Shown here piece by piece: positions 1-9,758 of a stretch of 57,122 nucleotides of DNA (its first letter is position 1; each line of letters begins with the position of its first letter). Origin of the DNA: Dehalococcoidia bacterium (lineage in GTDB: Bacteria > Chloroflexota > Dehalococcoidia > GIF9 > AB-539-J10); the NCBI GenBank assembly GCA_030665785.1, contig DAOUZA010000002.1, positions 1 to 57,122 of the forward strand. Reading direction: 5' to 3'. The position numbers and the translations under genes were made by a program. The notes beneath the pieces were generated by a model that saw only the letters and a list, made by a program, of their open reading frames with translations, was not told the origin of the DNA and did not search any database.

Positions 1-360
1 GTCCATTCCCAGAAGTCCTAATTCTTCTCTTGCCCCTTTCTTTTCTGCCGCCTTGAGTTCCTTAAGGGATTTTGTATAAACTGCCTCATTGCCCGCCGCA
101 ACACCATATTCATTGACACCTTCTTCATAACCCCAACACCAGTAAGGACTTGAGCCAAGGGTAGCATAGGTAACTTTTGTCTGAGGAATTTCTCTATATT
201 CAAGTTTAAGCATATCCCCTTCTGGCCAGGTCTTCTTCGGCTGATAGACCAGAGGTTGACAATCATCCAGGGGCCGGTCGCTGTTTTTGGCAAGGATAAC
301 CGTCCCGGTTTTGGTAATATCCTTCATTGCTACCCAGGTATCACAGCCACACAAAGACAT
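1..360 (-). CDS. Peptidase C69 / Ntn-hydrolase (dipeptidase/secernin-like), N-terminal 120 codons; the gene runs off the left edge
   Basis: Absent from the ORF track because there is no stop inside the window. Manual minus-strand translation from ATG at 360 gives MSLCGCDTWVAMKDITKTGTVILAKNSDRPLDDCQPLVYQP... The CDTxVA...KNSDRP pattern is the N-terminal nucleophile region of C69-type peptidases. An in-frame CTG at 435, preceded by GGAAGGAG, is an alternative start. Track ORF 18..293 is the wrong frame. Confidence 0.6.
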   Translation of the reverse strand, partial: MSLCGCDTWVAMKDITKTGTVILAKNSDRPLDDCQPLVYQPKKTWPEGDMLKLEYREIPQTKVTYATLGSSPYWCWGYEEGVNEYGVAAGNEAVYTKSLKELKAAEKKGAREELGLLGMD

Positions 361-474
361 CTTCAATAACAATTCAAAGCGATCTGAAATTTCTTTTCTC
401 ACTTTAGCTACCACCGGATCACCCGGTAACCACAGTTTTTCTCCTTCCGTAAACTACTACTTTCTGAGTCGGAA

Positions 475-502
475 GAATACCCCGCTTATTTAAGCGGTAT
501 TC
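475..502 (-). terminator. Hairpin downstream of tRNA-Ala (possible terminator or processing hairpin)
   Basis: GAATAC-CCCGCTT-ATTT-AAGCGG-TATTC inverted repeat. On the minus strand it is followed by TTCTTCC, which is only a weak U-tract. Confidence 0.3.
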
Positions 503-590
503 TACGTGGTCGCTAATTCTTTCGTCAACCTGCCGGTGCCGCAAGATGGAAAATCAAAGGAACAAACAGGAGTTCTACCTATTAACACCC

Positions 591-666
591 TGGTGGAGAT
601 AGGGGGATTCGAACCCCCAACCTCTGCGATGCGAACGCAGCGCTCTCCCAACTGAGCTATATCCCC
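591..666 (-). tRNA. tRNA-Ala (anticodon CGC), CCA encoded
   Basis: The reverse complement folds as a cloverleaf: GGGGATA/TATCTCC acceptor with a G3:U70 pair, anticodon loop TTCGCAT, T-loop GGGGG-TTCGAAT-CCCCC, and 3' ACCA. Length 76 nt. Confidence 0.95.
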
Positions 667-706
667 TTACTTTAAATTCTAGCAGAGCTTAAAATCCAAG
701 GTCAAG

Positions 707-1285
707 CTAGCCTTGGCTGCCGAGCCTAACTAGAGGAACACCAGCAGCGCAAAGAGGACATGCTTCAGCAGGATAAACTATTGTGGGAGCACGAAGACAA
801 CTAAATAGAGGAACATTAAACTCTATTTCCTCCGCGCTGCGGTCGACAAGGACTCCTATGCCGATGACAACGCCACCATGCTTATTTACCGCGTCGATTG
901 TCCCCTTAATCGATCCACCTGTGGTCAGGATATCATCAACTATGAGAACACGCTCACCAGCATTGAGCTCAAAATCCCGGCGGAAGACTCTTGCTTCCCC
1001 TTGTTTTTCAGCAAAGATACATCTTATTCCCAGATGACGAGCTACTTCAAAAGCGAGGATAATTCCCCCGGTAGTTGGACCAGCAACCACATCTATTGAC
1101 TGGTCCTTAAAGTGTTGGACAATAAGACGGCATACTTTTTCAGTGTAAGCAGGATATTGTAACAGACGAAACTTCTCCCAGTATACCGGCGAATGTAATC
1201 CGGAGGAGAGCAGAAAATGACCCTCTTCTATCGCCCCGACCTTTTTGAAGATATCCATTACTTCGCTATTCAAATTCTCCCCCAA
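707..1285 (-). CDS. pyrE: Orotate phosphoribosyltransferase
   Basis: GHFLLSSGLHSPVYW N-terminus and PRPP-binding loop VLIVDDILTTGGS. Confidence 0.9.
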   Translation of the reverse strand: MGENLNSEVMDIFKKVGAIEEGHFLLSSGLHSPVYWEKFRLLQYPAYTEKVCRLIVQHFKDQSIDVVAGPTTGGIILAFEVARHLGIRCIFAEKQGEARVFRRDFELNAGERVLIVDDILTTGGSIKGTIDAVNKHGGVVIGIGVLVDRSAEEIEFNVPLFSCLRAPTIVYPAEACPLCAAGVPLVRLGSQG

Positions 1286-1850
1286 ATGTCTGCGAAACCA
1301 CTATTATTTGCCCCTGCGCACCGGCTAACTCAGGATAATTGTAACTTCCCACCCATCTCCAATGCTGTGGCGGCCAATAGATAAACCAAACCTTGCCAAT
1401 AATATTTTCTCCAGGAACTGTTCCCCATATATGCGAATCATCGGCATTATTGCGGTTATCGCCAAGCACAAAATATTCACCTTCAGGAATTTCCTGCGCT
1501 GGCACGGTGTAACGAGGGGATTGTGCTATATAAGGCTCATCTAACGCTGTGCCATTCAGGTAAACTTCACCATCCTTAATTCCCACAGTGTCACCAGGGA
1601 TAGCAATGACGCGCTTGATGAAGGGAAATTCGGATTGGAACGGAGGGTCAAGGACAATGACATCGCCATGAGCAGGATCGGAGGAAAAATAAGAGGCCTT
1701 GCTGACCATCACCCAGTCATGATGCTCAATACCAGGCAACATACATGCTCCTCGCACCATATAGCCTTGGAAGCTAACCCGCAGAAAGGCAAAGATAGCA
1801 ATTGCTATCAGGATGGTTATACCAACATCACGAAGGATTTTCATTAGCAA
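1266..1850 (-). CDS. lepB: Signal peptidase I (atypical catalytic box)
   Basis: N-terminal TM helix. Boxes present: GACMLPG (normally G-x-S-M-x-P), GDVIVL, IKRVIAIPGD (catalytic Lys box) and GDNRNNADDSHIWG (box E). See finding on Cys at the nucleophile position. Confidence 0.8.
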   Translation of the reverse strand: MLMKILRDVGITILIAIAIFAFLRVSFQGYMVRGACMLPGIEHHDWVMVSKASYFSSDPAHGDVIVLDPPFQSEFPFIKRVIAIPGDTVGIKDGEVYLNGTALDEPYIAQSPRYTVPAQEIPEGEYFVLGDNRNNADDSHIWGTVPGENIIGKVWFIYWPPQHWRWVGSYNYPELAGAQGQIIVVSQTFGGEFE

Positions 1851-1910
1851 AACTAATCCAACATTGAAGAAGCCCTTGGTAAACTCAACTTAAGCTCGAG
1901 AATCTGCCCA

Positions 1911-4637
1911 TTATACCATTTCATCCCAATTCTTACCTAGTTTTATATCAACCTTTAATGGTACGCAAAGGTTCACCGCTTGAGACATCACCTCCCTTAC
2001 CATTTCCTTCATCTTACTCACCTCATTCTCAGGCACTTCAAACAGCAATTCATCATGAACTTGTAGCAGCATTTTGCTTCTGAGATTTCGCCTTTCTATC
2101 TCATGCTGCACATTAACCATGGCGATCTTAACGATGTCAGCAGAAGTCCCCTGCACCGGAGCATTTATAGCCATCCTTTCCGCAGCCTCTTTAATTTGCC
2201 TATTTGGAGAATTTATTTCAGGTATGAAACGTCTTCTCCCCATTAATGTTTGCACGTAACCCAACTTCCTAGCTTGTTCTTTGGTAGTTTCTATATATTT
2301 CCTTACTCCAAGATATTTCTCAAAATACGATGAGATAAATTGGGCTGCTTCTTCCCTGTTGAGTTCAGTTGCCTGTTCCAACCCATAGTCACTCATGCCA
2401 TAAATGACACCAAAGTTGACTGTCTTTGCAACTCGCCGCATTTCCGCGTCCACCTCATTCTTAGAAACATCAAAAAGTTTGGAAGCAGTTGCGGCATGGA
2501 TATCTTCATCATTGGCAAAGGCGGAGATAAGCCCAGGGTCACCGGAAAGGTGTGCCAGCACTCTGAGGTCAATTTGGGAATAATCAGCGCTTAATAAATA
2601 TGACCCTGGCAGGACAATGATGGCTCTCCTTATCACCCTGCCTACTTCACCCCTTACCGGTATATTCTGCAAATTTGGCTCGCTGGAAGAGAGCCGTCCT
2701 GTAGCAGTGCCAGTCTGGTTAAAATTGGTATGTATCCTACCCGTCTCAACATTAACTAACGCTGGCAAGGCATCAGTATATGTCGATTTAACTTTGCTAA
2801 GTTGGCGATATTCCAGCACAAGCTCAATTATGGGATGAACACCCTTTAATGCCTCCAAAACCGATGCTTGAGTAGAGTATCCTTTCTTAGTCTTGCGAGG
2901 TTGAGCCAATCTGAGCTCTTCAAAAAGCACCTCGGCTAGCTGGTGAGGGGAATTTATGTTGAATTTATGCCCTATACTGTTATAAATCTCTGCTTCAAGC
3001 TTTGCTAATCTCTCAGCCAAGTGAGCAGAAAGCCCACCAAGCAAGCTAGTATCTAAAGCGATACCGTTTCTCTCCATTGCCACCAGCACCGGCACCAGAG
3101 GCATCTCCACCTGAGAAAAAAGCATCCACAGTCCCAATTGTTTCAATTCCTGTTCCAGGTTATCCCTTAATTTCCTTATAGCCTCAATACCAGCACAACT
3201 ATGCTTAGCTACTTGCTCCACTTCTAATTCAGCTAGTGAAGCTTGATTCTTTCCCGTCCCAACCAGCTCTCCAGTAGACATCGTTTCCACGCCAAGTCGG
3301 TTAAAGGCAAGTGCTTTAAGCTCGAGATTTTTCTCACCAACAAGATGTGCAGCAACCATAACGTCGAAATTTACATTTTCTAACTTCACCCCGTGGTTGG
3401 CTAACACCATCATATCACGCTTACCATCGTAGCTAGTCTTTCCTATTCGGGTATCCTCCAAGATTGGGTTTAGCCTAACAAGGACTTGAGGCAAGGAAAG
3501 CTGCATTGGTTCAATTAAACCAGAGTGTCCTAAGGGTATGTAAAATGTCTTCCCAGAAGCTAGCGATATCGTTATTCCTACCAACTTTGCTGTCATAGCT
3601 CGCTTCCCATCAGCCTCAATATGGATAACAAAATCCCCTACTTTGCTTAGTTGGTTACCAAGCTCACTAAAGGTTGCCTCAGTATTTATCACTTGATAAC
3701 TGGTTTCCACTAGAGCTTCGCTTTTGGCAACGATACCTTCCCCACCTATATATTGTGGTAGTCTAGGAAGCAATTTGGTGAACTCAAGTTCACGAAAAAG
3801 ATTCACCACTTCGTTTCGGTTATAAGCACTCACGTGACAGCCCTCTAGAGCGAAGTCAATAGGAACATCTCTGACTATTGTGGTCAATTCCCTGTTCTTG
3901 AAAGTTTGAGGAAGGTATTGGCATAGCACTGCTCGTAGTTTCTCAGGCATTACTTCGTCAATATGAGCTTGTATCCCTTCCAAATTACCAAATTGCTGTA
4001 GCAGTTTAGCCGCCGTTTTCTCTCCCACGCTCGGTATGCCGGGAATATTATCGGAGGGGTCACCAACTAGCGCTTTAAAATCAGAAATCTGAGTTGACTT
4101 TACACCATACCTACCTTCAACCGCCTGTTCATCATAAAGGATGGTATCGCTGAAAGTCCGCCTGGGAATAAGTGCCTTCACACCGAGCGATATCAACTGG
4201 AGCATGTCATTATCGCCGGTAACAATCACGACCTCTATTCCCTGCTCGTCTGCTTTCCTTGCCAGAGTTCCTAAAACATCGTCTGCCTCAAATCCATCTA
4301 TTTCAAAGATAGGGATATGGAGTGATTCCACAACCTGATGAACCAATTTCATTTGTCTTTTAAGTTCTTCGGGTATTTGAGGCCGCTGTGCTTTATATTC
4401 CTTGAACTCCTTATGCCGGAACGTAGGGGAGGGACGGTCAAAAGCACAAGCCCAATAAGCAGGCTTGAATTCACCAGTTACCTTGAGCAGCGTGTTGACA
4501 AAACCATAAACGGCATTTACCATCTCGCCTGTTTTGGATACCGTTAACGGAGGCAAAGCATGAAAAGCACGATGCACTATGGAATTGCCATCAAAAAGTA
4601 ACAATAAGGGCTTGCTTTTGGCGTTCACCTCAGCCAT
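1911..4637 (-). CDS. polA: DNA polymerase I (5'-3' exo, 3'-5' exo-like and polymerase domains)
   Basis: LLLLFDGNSIVHRAFHA 5'-nuclease start, and family A motifs DYSQIDLRVLAH, RRVAKTVNFGVIYG and QVHDELLFE. I prefer ATG at 4637 (MAEVNAKSKPLLL). The track start at 4673 is a TTG that would overlap the argF upstream region. Confidence 0.93.
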   Translation of the reverse strand: MAEVNAKSKPLLLLFDGNSIVHRAFHALPPLTVSKTGEMVNAVYGFVNTLLKVTGEFKPAYWACAFDRPSPTFRHKEFKEYKAQRPQIPEELKRQMKLVHQVVESLHIPIFEIDGFEADDVLGTLARKADEQGIEVVIVTGDNDMLQLISLGVKALIPRRTFSDTILYDEQAVEGRYGVKSTQISDFKALVGDPSDNIPGIPSVGEKTAAKLLQQFGNLEGIQAHIDEVMPEKLRAVLCQYLPQTFKNRELTTIVRDVPIDFALEGCHVSAYNRNEVVNLFRELEFTKLLPRLPQYIGGEGIVAKSEALVETSYQVINTEATFSELGNQLSKVGDFVIHIEADGKRAMTAKLVGITISLASGKTFYIPLGHSGLIEPMQLSLPQVLVRLNPILEDTRIGKTSYDGKRDMMVLANHGVKLENVNFDVMVAAHLVGEKNLELKALAFNRLGVETMSTGELVGTGKNQASLAELEVEQVAKHSCAGIEAIRKLRDNLEQELKQLGLWMLFSQVEMPLVPVLVAMERNGIALDTSLLGGLSAHLAERLAKLEAEIYNSIGHKFNINSPHQLAEVLFEELRLAQPRKTKKGYSTQASVLEALKGVHPIIELVLEYRQLSKVKSTYTDALPALVNVETGRIHTNFNQTGTATGRLSSSEPNLQNIPVRGEVGRVIRRAIIVLPGSYLLSADYSQIDLRVLAHLSGDPGLISAFANDEDIHAATASKLFDVSKNEVDAEMRRVAKTVNFGVIYGMSDYGLEQATELNREEAAQFISSYFEKYLGVRKYIETTKEQARKLGYVQTLMGRRRFIPEINSPNRQIKEAAERMAINAPVQGTSADIVKIAMVNVQHEIERRNLRSKMLLQVHDELLFEVPENEVSKMKEMVREVMSQAVNLCVPLKVDIKLGKNWDEMV

Positions 4638-4686
4638 TATAACATTTGACAATCGTGATATACTAAACTCCAATTTAGGGCTAATA

Positions 4687-5604
4687 ATGAAAAAGGATTT
4701 CCTTTCAGTATCTGATTTTAGTCCTCAGGAAATTAAACAAGTCATAGAGCAAGCTATGACTTTGAAAGAGGAAGATTCACCACATCTACTATCGGGAAAG
4801 ACCTTGGCTCTTCTGTTTGAAAAGCCTTCCCTGCGCACCAGAGTTAGCTTTGAGATAGCTATGCATCAGCTGGGTGGTTATGCCATCTATCTATCCCCTC
4901 AAGAAGTAGGATTAGACAAGCGAGAATCAGTTCCCGATGTCGCTAAGGTGCTGAGTCGCTACGTTGATTGCATCGCTGCTCGCACCTTCTCCCACAAGAC
5001 ATTGATTTCACTGGCCGGACATTCACAGGTACCAGTAATCAATGCGCTTTCCGATCTGGAACATCCTTGCCAGGCACTTTCTGATCTGCTCACCATTTAT
5101 GAAAAGAAGGGGAGACTCGCTGGTTTAACCATGGCGTTCATTGGTGATGGCAATAATGTGGCTAACAGTCTTCTCCTTGCCACCTCAATCACCGGCATGA
5201 ATTTTCACATCGCTTCACCCTCAGGCTATGAAATCAATCGAGAAATATTAAGCCAAGGCAGGAAATTTGCCTCTTCATCCCGGAGCAGGATTGAGCTGTT
5301 CACTAGTCCTGAAGAGGCTGTCACAAGCGCTGATATAGTATACACTGATGTATGGACCAGCATGGGACAGGATGCGGAAGCAGATAAACGTCGCTTAGCG
5401 TTTCACGATTATAAGGTGGATGAGAGGTTGTTGTCCTTCGCCAGACAGGATGTTTTATTCATGCACCCCTTGCCCGCTCATCATGATGAGGAAATCTCCC
5501 CAGGATTATTGGATGACCCAAAATCAGTGGTCTTTGACCAGGCAGAAAACAGGCTTCATCTACAAAAAGCGCTGTTAGCCAAAATCCTTCTACCTACTAA
5601 GTAA
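4687..5604 (+). CDS. argF: Ornithine carbamoyltransferase family protein
   Basis: Motifs SLRTRVSFE, HPCQALSD, DVWTSMG (ornithine-binding DxxxSMG) and VFDQAENRLH. I prefer ATG at 4687 (MKKDFLSVSDF) to the track start at 4579. HPLP replaces the usual HCLP (see finding). Confidence 0.8.
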   Translation: MKKDFLSVSDFSPQEIKQVIEQAMTLKEEDSPHLLSGKTLALLFEKPSLRTRVSFEIAMHQLGGYAIYLSPQEVGLDKRESVPDVAKVLSRYVDCIAARTFSHKTLISLAGHSQVPVINALSDLEHPCQALSDLLTIYEKKGRLAGLTMAFIGDGNNVANSLLLATSITGMNFHIASPSGYEINREILSQGRKFASSSRSRIELFTSPEEAVTSADIVYTDVWTSMGQDAEADKRRLAFHDYKVDERLLSFARQDVLFMHPLPAHHDEEISPGLLDDPKSVVFDQAENRLHLQKALLAKILLPTK

Positions 5605-5619
5605 AAAGAAAACTGCTAA

Positions 5620-6960
5620 ATGACAAAACCAGTTGTAGCAATTGTGGGACGACCTAACGTAGGCAAGTCTACCTTGCTTAATCGTCTGGCAGGTAGGCGC
5701 CTCGCCGTCATCAGTGATTACCCTGGAACTACCAGAGACCGAATATTTGTGTCCACCTCCTGGCAAGGACATGGACTGACCATAGTTGACACCGGTGGAT
5801 GGCAAGTGGAGCCTCCCTCTTTGCTGGAACAAAAAGTCAAATACCAAGTAGAAGCAGCTATCACTCAGGCCAATGTCATTATATTCATGGTGGATGCCAG
5901 AGACGGTATTATTGCCGCTGATGACGAATTAGCTGATATGCTACGCACTATCAACAAACCGATAGTTTTGGCAGTAAACAAGGTTGATTCAGTGCGTCAC
6001 GTAAATCAAGTGGCTGATTTTTATCGCCTTGGCATGGGAACGCCATTAGCAATCAGTGCCTATCATAACCGTGGAATAGACGAATTAATGAAAGCTGTAT
6101 TAGCCTTTATTACCCCGGTGACCAGCAACATTACAGAATCGGAAGATAGTAAGTTAGCTATTGTGGGACGCCCTAATACGGGCAAATCAACGTTGTTAAA
6201 TGCCTTGATTGGCCACGAAAGAGCCATCGTTCACGAAGCACCAGGAACAACTCGTGATGCTATCGACACCATAATTAATTGGAATAATAAGACTATCTTG
6301 CTTATCGATACTGCAGGGATTAAACGGAGAGGGCATGTAGATGCTGGAATTGATTACTACAGCTTGATTCGTGCTCTCCAGGCAATTAACCGCTGTGATG
6401 TGGCTCTATTGCTAATTGACGCTGCTGAATTTATTACTGCTCAGGATCTACATATTGTTAGCTATATCCTGGAAGCAGGCAAAGGAATAGCGCTTTTAGT
6501 CAATAAATGGGATATCATTCCACAGGCACAGAAGAGGGAATTCAAACAACAACTAGAAAAACGAATCAATTTTATGTATTATATACCTATGCTTTACCTC
6601 TCAGCTAAGTCAGGAGCAGGTGTGGACCATGTTTTACCTCTTGCCTGTCAAATATGGCAGGAAAGGCAAAAGCGTTTATCAGACTCGGCAGTTAACAAAG
6701 CCATCAAAGAGGCAGTGGATAGTCATTTACCTCCTCGGGTAGGCACAAAACGGTTGCAAATTATCCGCGCTTACCAAGACAAATCTAGACCAGCAAGCTT
6801 TGTTTTCCAGGTCAACGACCCCAAGTTGATTTATTCCCCATACCAGAGGTATTTAGAAAAAAAGCTCCGTATGAAGTTTGGCTTCCGTGGTGTGTCGCTA
6901 CAGCTAAATTTCACCAAGTCCAGTCATAAAAGCAACAAAAAGGCGGAGGTGGCAAAATGA
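5620..6960 (+). CDS. der: Ribosome-associated GTPase Der/EngA (tandem GTPase domains)
   Basis: Two G1 motifs (GRPNVGKST, GRPNTGKST), two DTGG/DTAG motifs and a C-terminal KH-like domain. Confidence 0.95.
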   Translation: MTKPVVAIVGRPNVGKSTLLNRLAGRRLAVISDYPGTTRDRIFVSTSWQGHGLTIVDTGGWQVEPPSLLEQKVKYQVEAAITQANVIIFMVDARDGIIAADDELADMLRTINKPIVLAVNKVDSVRHVNQVADFYRLGMGTPLAISAYHNRGIDELMKAVLAFITPVTSNITESEDSKLAIVGRPNTGKSTLLNALIGHERAIVHEAPGTTRDAIDTIINWNNKTILLIDTAGIKRRGHVDAGIDYYSLIRALQAINRCDVALLLIDAAEFITAQDLHIVSYILEAGKGIALLVNKWDIIPQAQKREFKQQLEKRINFMYYIPMLYLSAKSGAGVDHVLPLACQIWQERQKRLSDSAVNKAIKEAVDSHLPPRVGTKRLQIIRAYQDKSRPASFVFQVNDPKLIYSPYQRYLEKKLRMKFGFRGVSLQLNFTKSSHKSNKKAEVAK

Positions 6961-7619
6961 TAATCGCTAAGCTTGTTGCTGTAATAATCATCGCTTATTT
7001 GCTTGGCTCCATTCCCTTCGGGCTGATAATTAGCAAGGTATCTAAAGGTATTGATGTCACAAAATATGGAAGTGGCAAGGTTGGTGGTAGTAATGTGATG
7101 CGTGCCGCAGGAACAAAGGCAGGGATTTTAACCATAGTTCTCGACATATGTAAAGCTGCCGGTGCAGTTGTTTTAGCCACGGTGATTGTTGGCCCAGGTA
7201 TGTTAACTATCGTTGGAGCGAATATCCACTATTACCAGGCAGCTCAAGTGATGGCTGGGCTTGCCGTGATAGCAGGACACAACTGGTCGATATTCCTGAA
7301 ATTCAAAGGCGGGAGTGGCGTAGCCTCGTTCTTTGGTACGCTAATACCTGTCTTTCCACCAGCAGCTATATTCGGCGGTGAGGTTTTAGCTGTAGTTGCC
7401 CTCAACAGCAAGTATATGTCGCTGGCATCAATAATGTCAGTCCTTGCCACATGGTGTTTATTAATACCTATGACCATTGCTTATAATCTCCCCCCCATTT
7501 ACCTCGCTTATAGCCTGGCAGCTACAGCGCTGGTCATCTATCAGCATCGCGGGAATATAAGAAGACTACAGCAAGGCACAGAACGGCGGCTGGGTGAAAA
7601 AGGCAAAGAAATAAGCTAG
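6957..7619 (+). CDS. plsY: Glycerol-3-phosphate acyltransferase PlsY
   Basis: Polytopic membrane protein with LLGSIPFG and GSGKVGGSNVMRAAG motifs. ATGA overlap with der. Confidence 0.9.
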   Translation: MIIAKLVAVIIIAYLLGSIPFGLIISKVSKGIDVTKYGSGKVGGSNVMRAAGTKAGILTIVLDICKAAGAVVLATVIVGPGMLTIVGANIHYYQAAQVMAGLAVIAGHNWSIFLKFKGGSGVASFFGTLIPVFPPAAIFGGEVLAVVALNSKYMSLASIMSVLATWCLLIPMTIAYNLPPIYLAYSLAATALVIYQHRGNIRRLQQGTERRLGEKGKEIS

Positions 7620-7622
7620 AGC

Positions 7623-8576
7623 ATGCCTAAAGCCGCCATCATAGGCAGTACCACCTGGGGCAATACTTTAGGAACTTTGTTAAGTAATAACGGCGTAACA
7701 GTAACGCTGTGGGCAAGAAGCGAAGACGAAGCTGAGCAGTTAAACCAGCAAAAACATGATTACGCCTCCACAAGTGACATTGCACAAGCCACTGCCGGAG
7801 CTGACCTGGTAATAGTGGCAGTGCCTTCACAGAAATTGAGGAAAAACGTCACCCAGATTAAACATCATCTGAACAACAGAACGATATTAATGAGCGCCGC
7901 CAAGGGATTGGAGATGGATAGTGGAAAAAGAATGTCCGAGGTAATGGAAGAAGAAGTTCCTTCCCTGAAGAAGCAGCTCTGCGTCCTCTCCGGTCCCAAC
8001 CTGGCGAAGGAAATCGCCCAGGAGCTACCTGCCGCTTCAATAATTGCTGCGCAAGACATCACCATTGCCCAAAAGGCGAGGGATTTGCTCCAGTCACCAA
8101 AATTTATCATATTTACCACTGATGACGTTGTTGGCGTAGAGCTAGGCGGAGCATTAAAAAACATTATTGCTCTGGGCGCCGGGATGATCGATGGGTTGGA
8201 ACTGGGTGATAACGCCAAGGCTGCTTTCGTTGCTTTGAGTTGGAATGAAGTTGTTTCCCTGGGATTAGCCTTAGGCTCTAAGAAGGACACTTTCTATGGG
8301 GTAGCTGGTTTGGGGGATTTAATAGCCACCTGTGTCAGCACTTTAAGCCGCAATCACTATGTTGGTTATCAGTTAGCTCAAGGACATTCCCTGGCTGAGA
8401 TATCCGCCTCTATGCCACATGTTGCTGAAGGGGTTGCCACCACTATAGCAGTGCATCAGCTAACCAAAAAACTCAGCCTGGAAGCCCCCATAGCAGGAAT
8501 TATCTATGACATTCTGTTCCAAAATAAGCCGCCAACTGAGCTAATAGCTAGCTTCAGCGAAGTAATAAAAAATTAG
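7623..8576 (+). CDS. gpsA: NAD(P)H-dependent glycerol-3-phosphate dehydrogenase
   Basis: GALKNIIALGAGMIDGL, GDNAKAA and the conserved der-plsY-gpsA order. Confidence 0.9.
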   Translation: MPKAAIIGSTTWGNTLGTLLSNNGVTVTLWARSEDEAEQLNQQKHDYASTSDIAQATAGADLVIVAVPSQKLRKNVTQIKHHLNNRTILMSAAKGLEMDSGKRMSEVMEEEVPSLKKQLCVLSGPNLAKEIAQELPAASIIAAQDITIAQKARDLLQSPKFIIFTTDDVVGVELGGALKNIIALGAGMIDGLELGDNAKAAFVALSWNEVVSLGLALGSKKDTFYGVAGLGDLIATCVSTLSRNHYVGYQLAQGHSLAEISASMPHVAEGVATTIAVHQLTKKLSLEAPIAGIIYDILFQNKPPTELIASFSEVIKN

Positions 8577-8599
8577 CCAGGTATTCCATCAGCCTTCTT
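8454..8599 (+). repeat. Direct repeat, left copy (functional gpsA 3' end plus 23 bp downstream)
   Basis: Aligns without gaps to 10706..10851 (offset 2252 bp). By hand count there are 8 mismatches in 146 bp, with a perfect 51-bp block at 8498..8548 = 10750..10800. Confidence 0.9.
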
Positions 8600-8678
8600 C
8601 TTAATTTCAGCAATCCCTTGGTGCAATTCTACAAACCTCCAGCTTTATTTATCTGGTTGACCTCTTTATTCAATCTAT

Positions 8679-9758
8679 CTATTCCCTATCCAGTAAACGG
8701 GCTCCACTTTGAAGTAATTGGTGAAGTCCCATCGGGCCGCTGATTTGCATCATGGCTTCTTCTTGGGAAACTATGTTCCTTTTTACCAAGTCGGTCACCG
8801 CCTGTTCCATAGTTTGCATGCCGGCTCCGGTAGACATTTCGATACAAGGGGTTATTTCGAAGAGCTTCTCCTCACGGACGAGTGTCCTGATCACGCTGTT
8901 AGTAATCATAATTTCAACGGCAGCTATTCGCCCTCCCCCAATACGGGATAAGAGCCTCTGCGATAATACCGCCTCTAATACTTGTGACAACTGTAGCCTG
9001 ATTTGCCGTTGCTGCGTTGCTGGGAATACATCAATTAAACGATCAACACTCTGAGCAGCGTCGATCGTATGTAGTGTGCCAAGCACCAGATGCCCCGTCT
9101 CGGCCGCTGTGATAGCTGTAGTTATCGTGGACAAGTCACGCATCTCTCCGATGACAATTACATCTGGGTCGTGCCGGAGGGCGTGTATTAATGCTGTGGA
9201 AAAGGACCTAGTGTCTGTCCCTAACTCCCGCTGATGTATGATACATTTTTGGTCACGGAATAAGTATTCAATCGGGTCTTCAATGGTAATGACATTCCGC
9301 ATCTTATTTTCATTGAGATAATTGATCATCGCTGCTAGGGTAGTCGACTTGCCACTGCCAGAAGGGCCAGTAACCAAGATAAGCCCGTTTGGCTTGAGCA
9401 TAAGCTCCTTACAAATTTGAGGCAGTCCTAATTCATCAATGGAAGGAACTTTAATTGAGACGAGCCGGAAGGCCAAGCTCACTGTGCCTCTTTGCCGCAG
9501 TGCGCTAACTCGGAATCGGGCTAAGCCAGGAACAGAGTAAGCAAAATCTAGCTCACGTTCTCTAACGAAAGCATCCCTCTGCTCTTGAATAGTAACTTGT
9601 TCAAATACGAATTCGATATCTTCAACTGTAAGTGGTGTCAAATCTTCTTGAAGGATAAGCATACCATCAATGCGTAGCACCGGTGGGCTTGGCACCTTGA
9701 GATGCAAATCAGTGGCACTTTTGTCTACCGTTAGTTTTAGGAGTTCATCTATTTGCAT
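8679..9758 (-). CDS. pilT: PilT-type (type IV pilus retraction family) hexameric ATPase
   Basis: Motifs: ASDLHL-type N-terminus (ATDLHLKV), Walker A GPSGSGKST, Asp box ITIEDPIEY, Walker B DVIVIGEMRD, His box GHLVLGTLHT, and a PilT-specific AIRNLIRE-like motif (SVIRTLVRE). Confidence 0.85.
   Translation of the reverse strand: MQIDELLKLTVDKSATDLHLKVPSPPVLRIDGMLILQEDLTPLTVEDIEFVFEQVTIQEQRDAFVRERELDFAYSVPGLARFRVSALRQRGTVSLAFRLVSIKVPSIDELGLPQICKELMLKPNGLILVTGPSGSGKSTTLAAMINYLNENKMRNVITIEDPIEYLFRDQKCIIHQRELGTDTRSFSTALIHALRHDPDVIVIGEMRDLSTITTAITAAETGHLVLGTLHTIDAAQSVDRLIDVFPATQQRQIRLQLSQVLEAVLSQRLLSRIGGGRIAAVEIMITNSVIRTLVREEKLFEITPCIEMSTGAGMQTMEQAVTDLVKRNIVSQEEAMMQISGPMGLHQLLQSGARLLDRE

Noticed and set aside
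18-493. Track ORFs 18..293 (-) and 287..493 (+)
   Set aside because: The Arg-rich and low-complexity translations have no motifs. A different minus-strand frame gives a clean peptidase C69 N-terminus (1..360), which explains the region.
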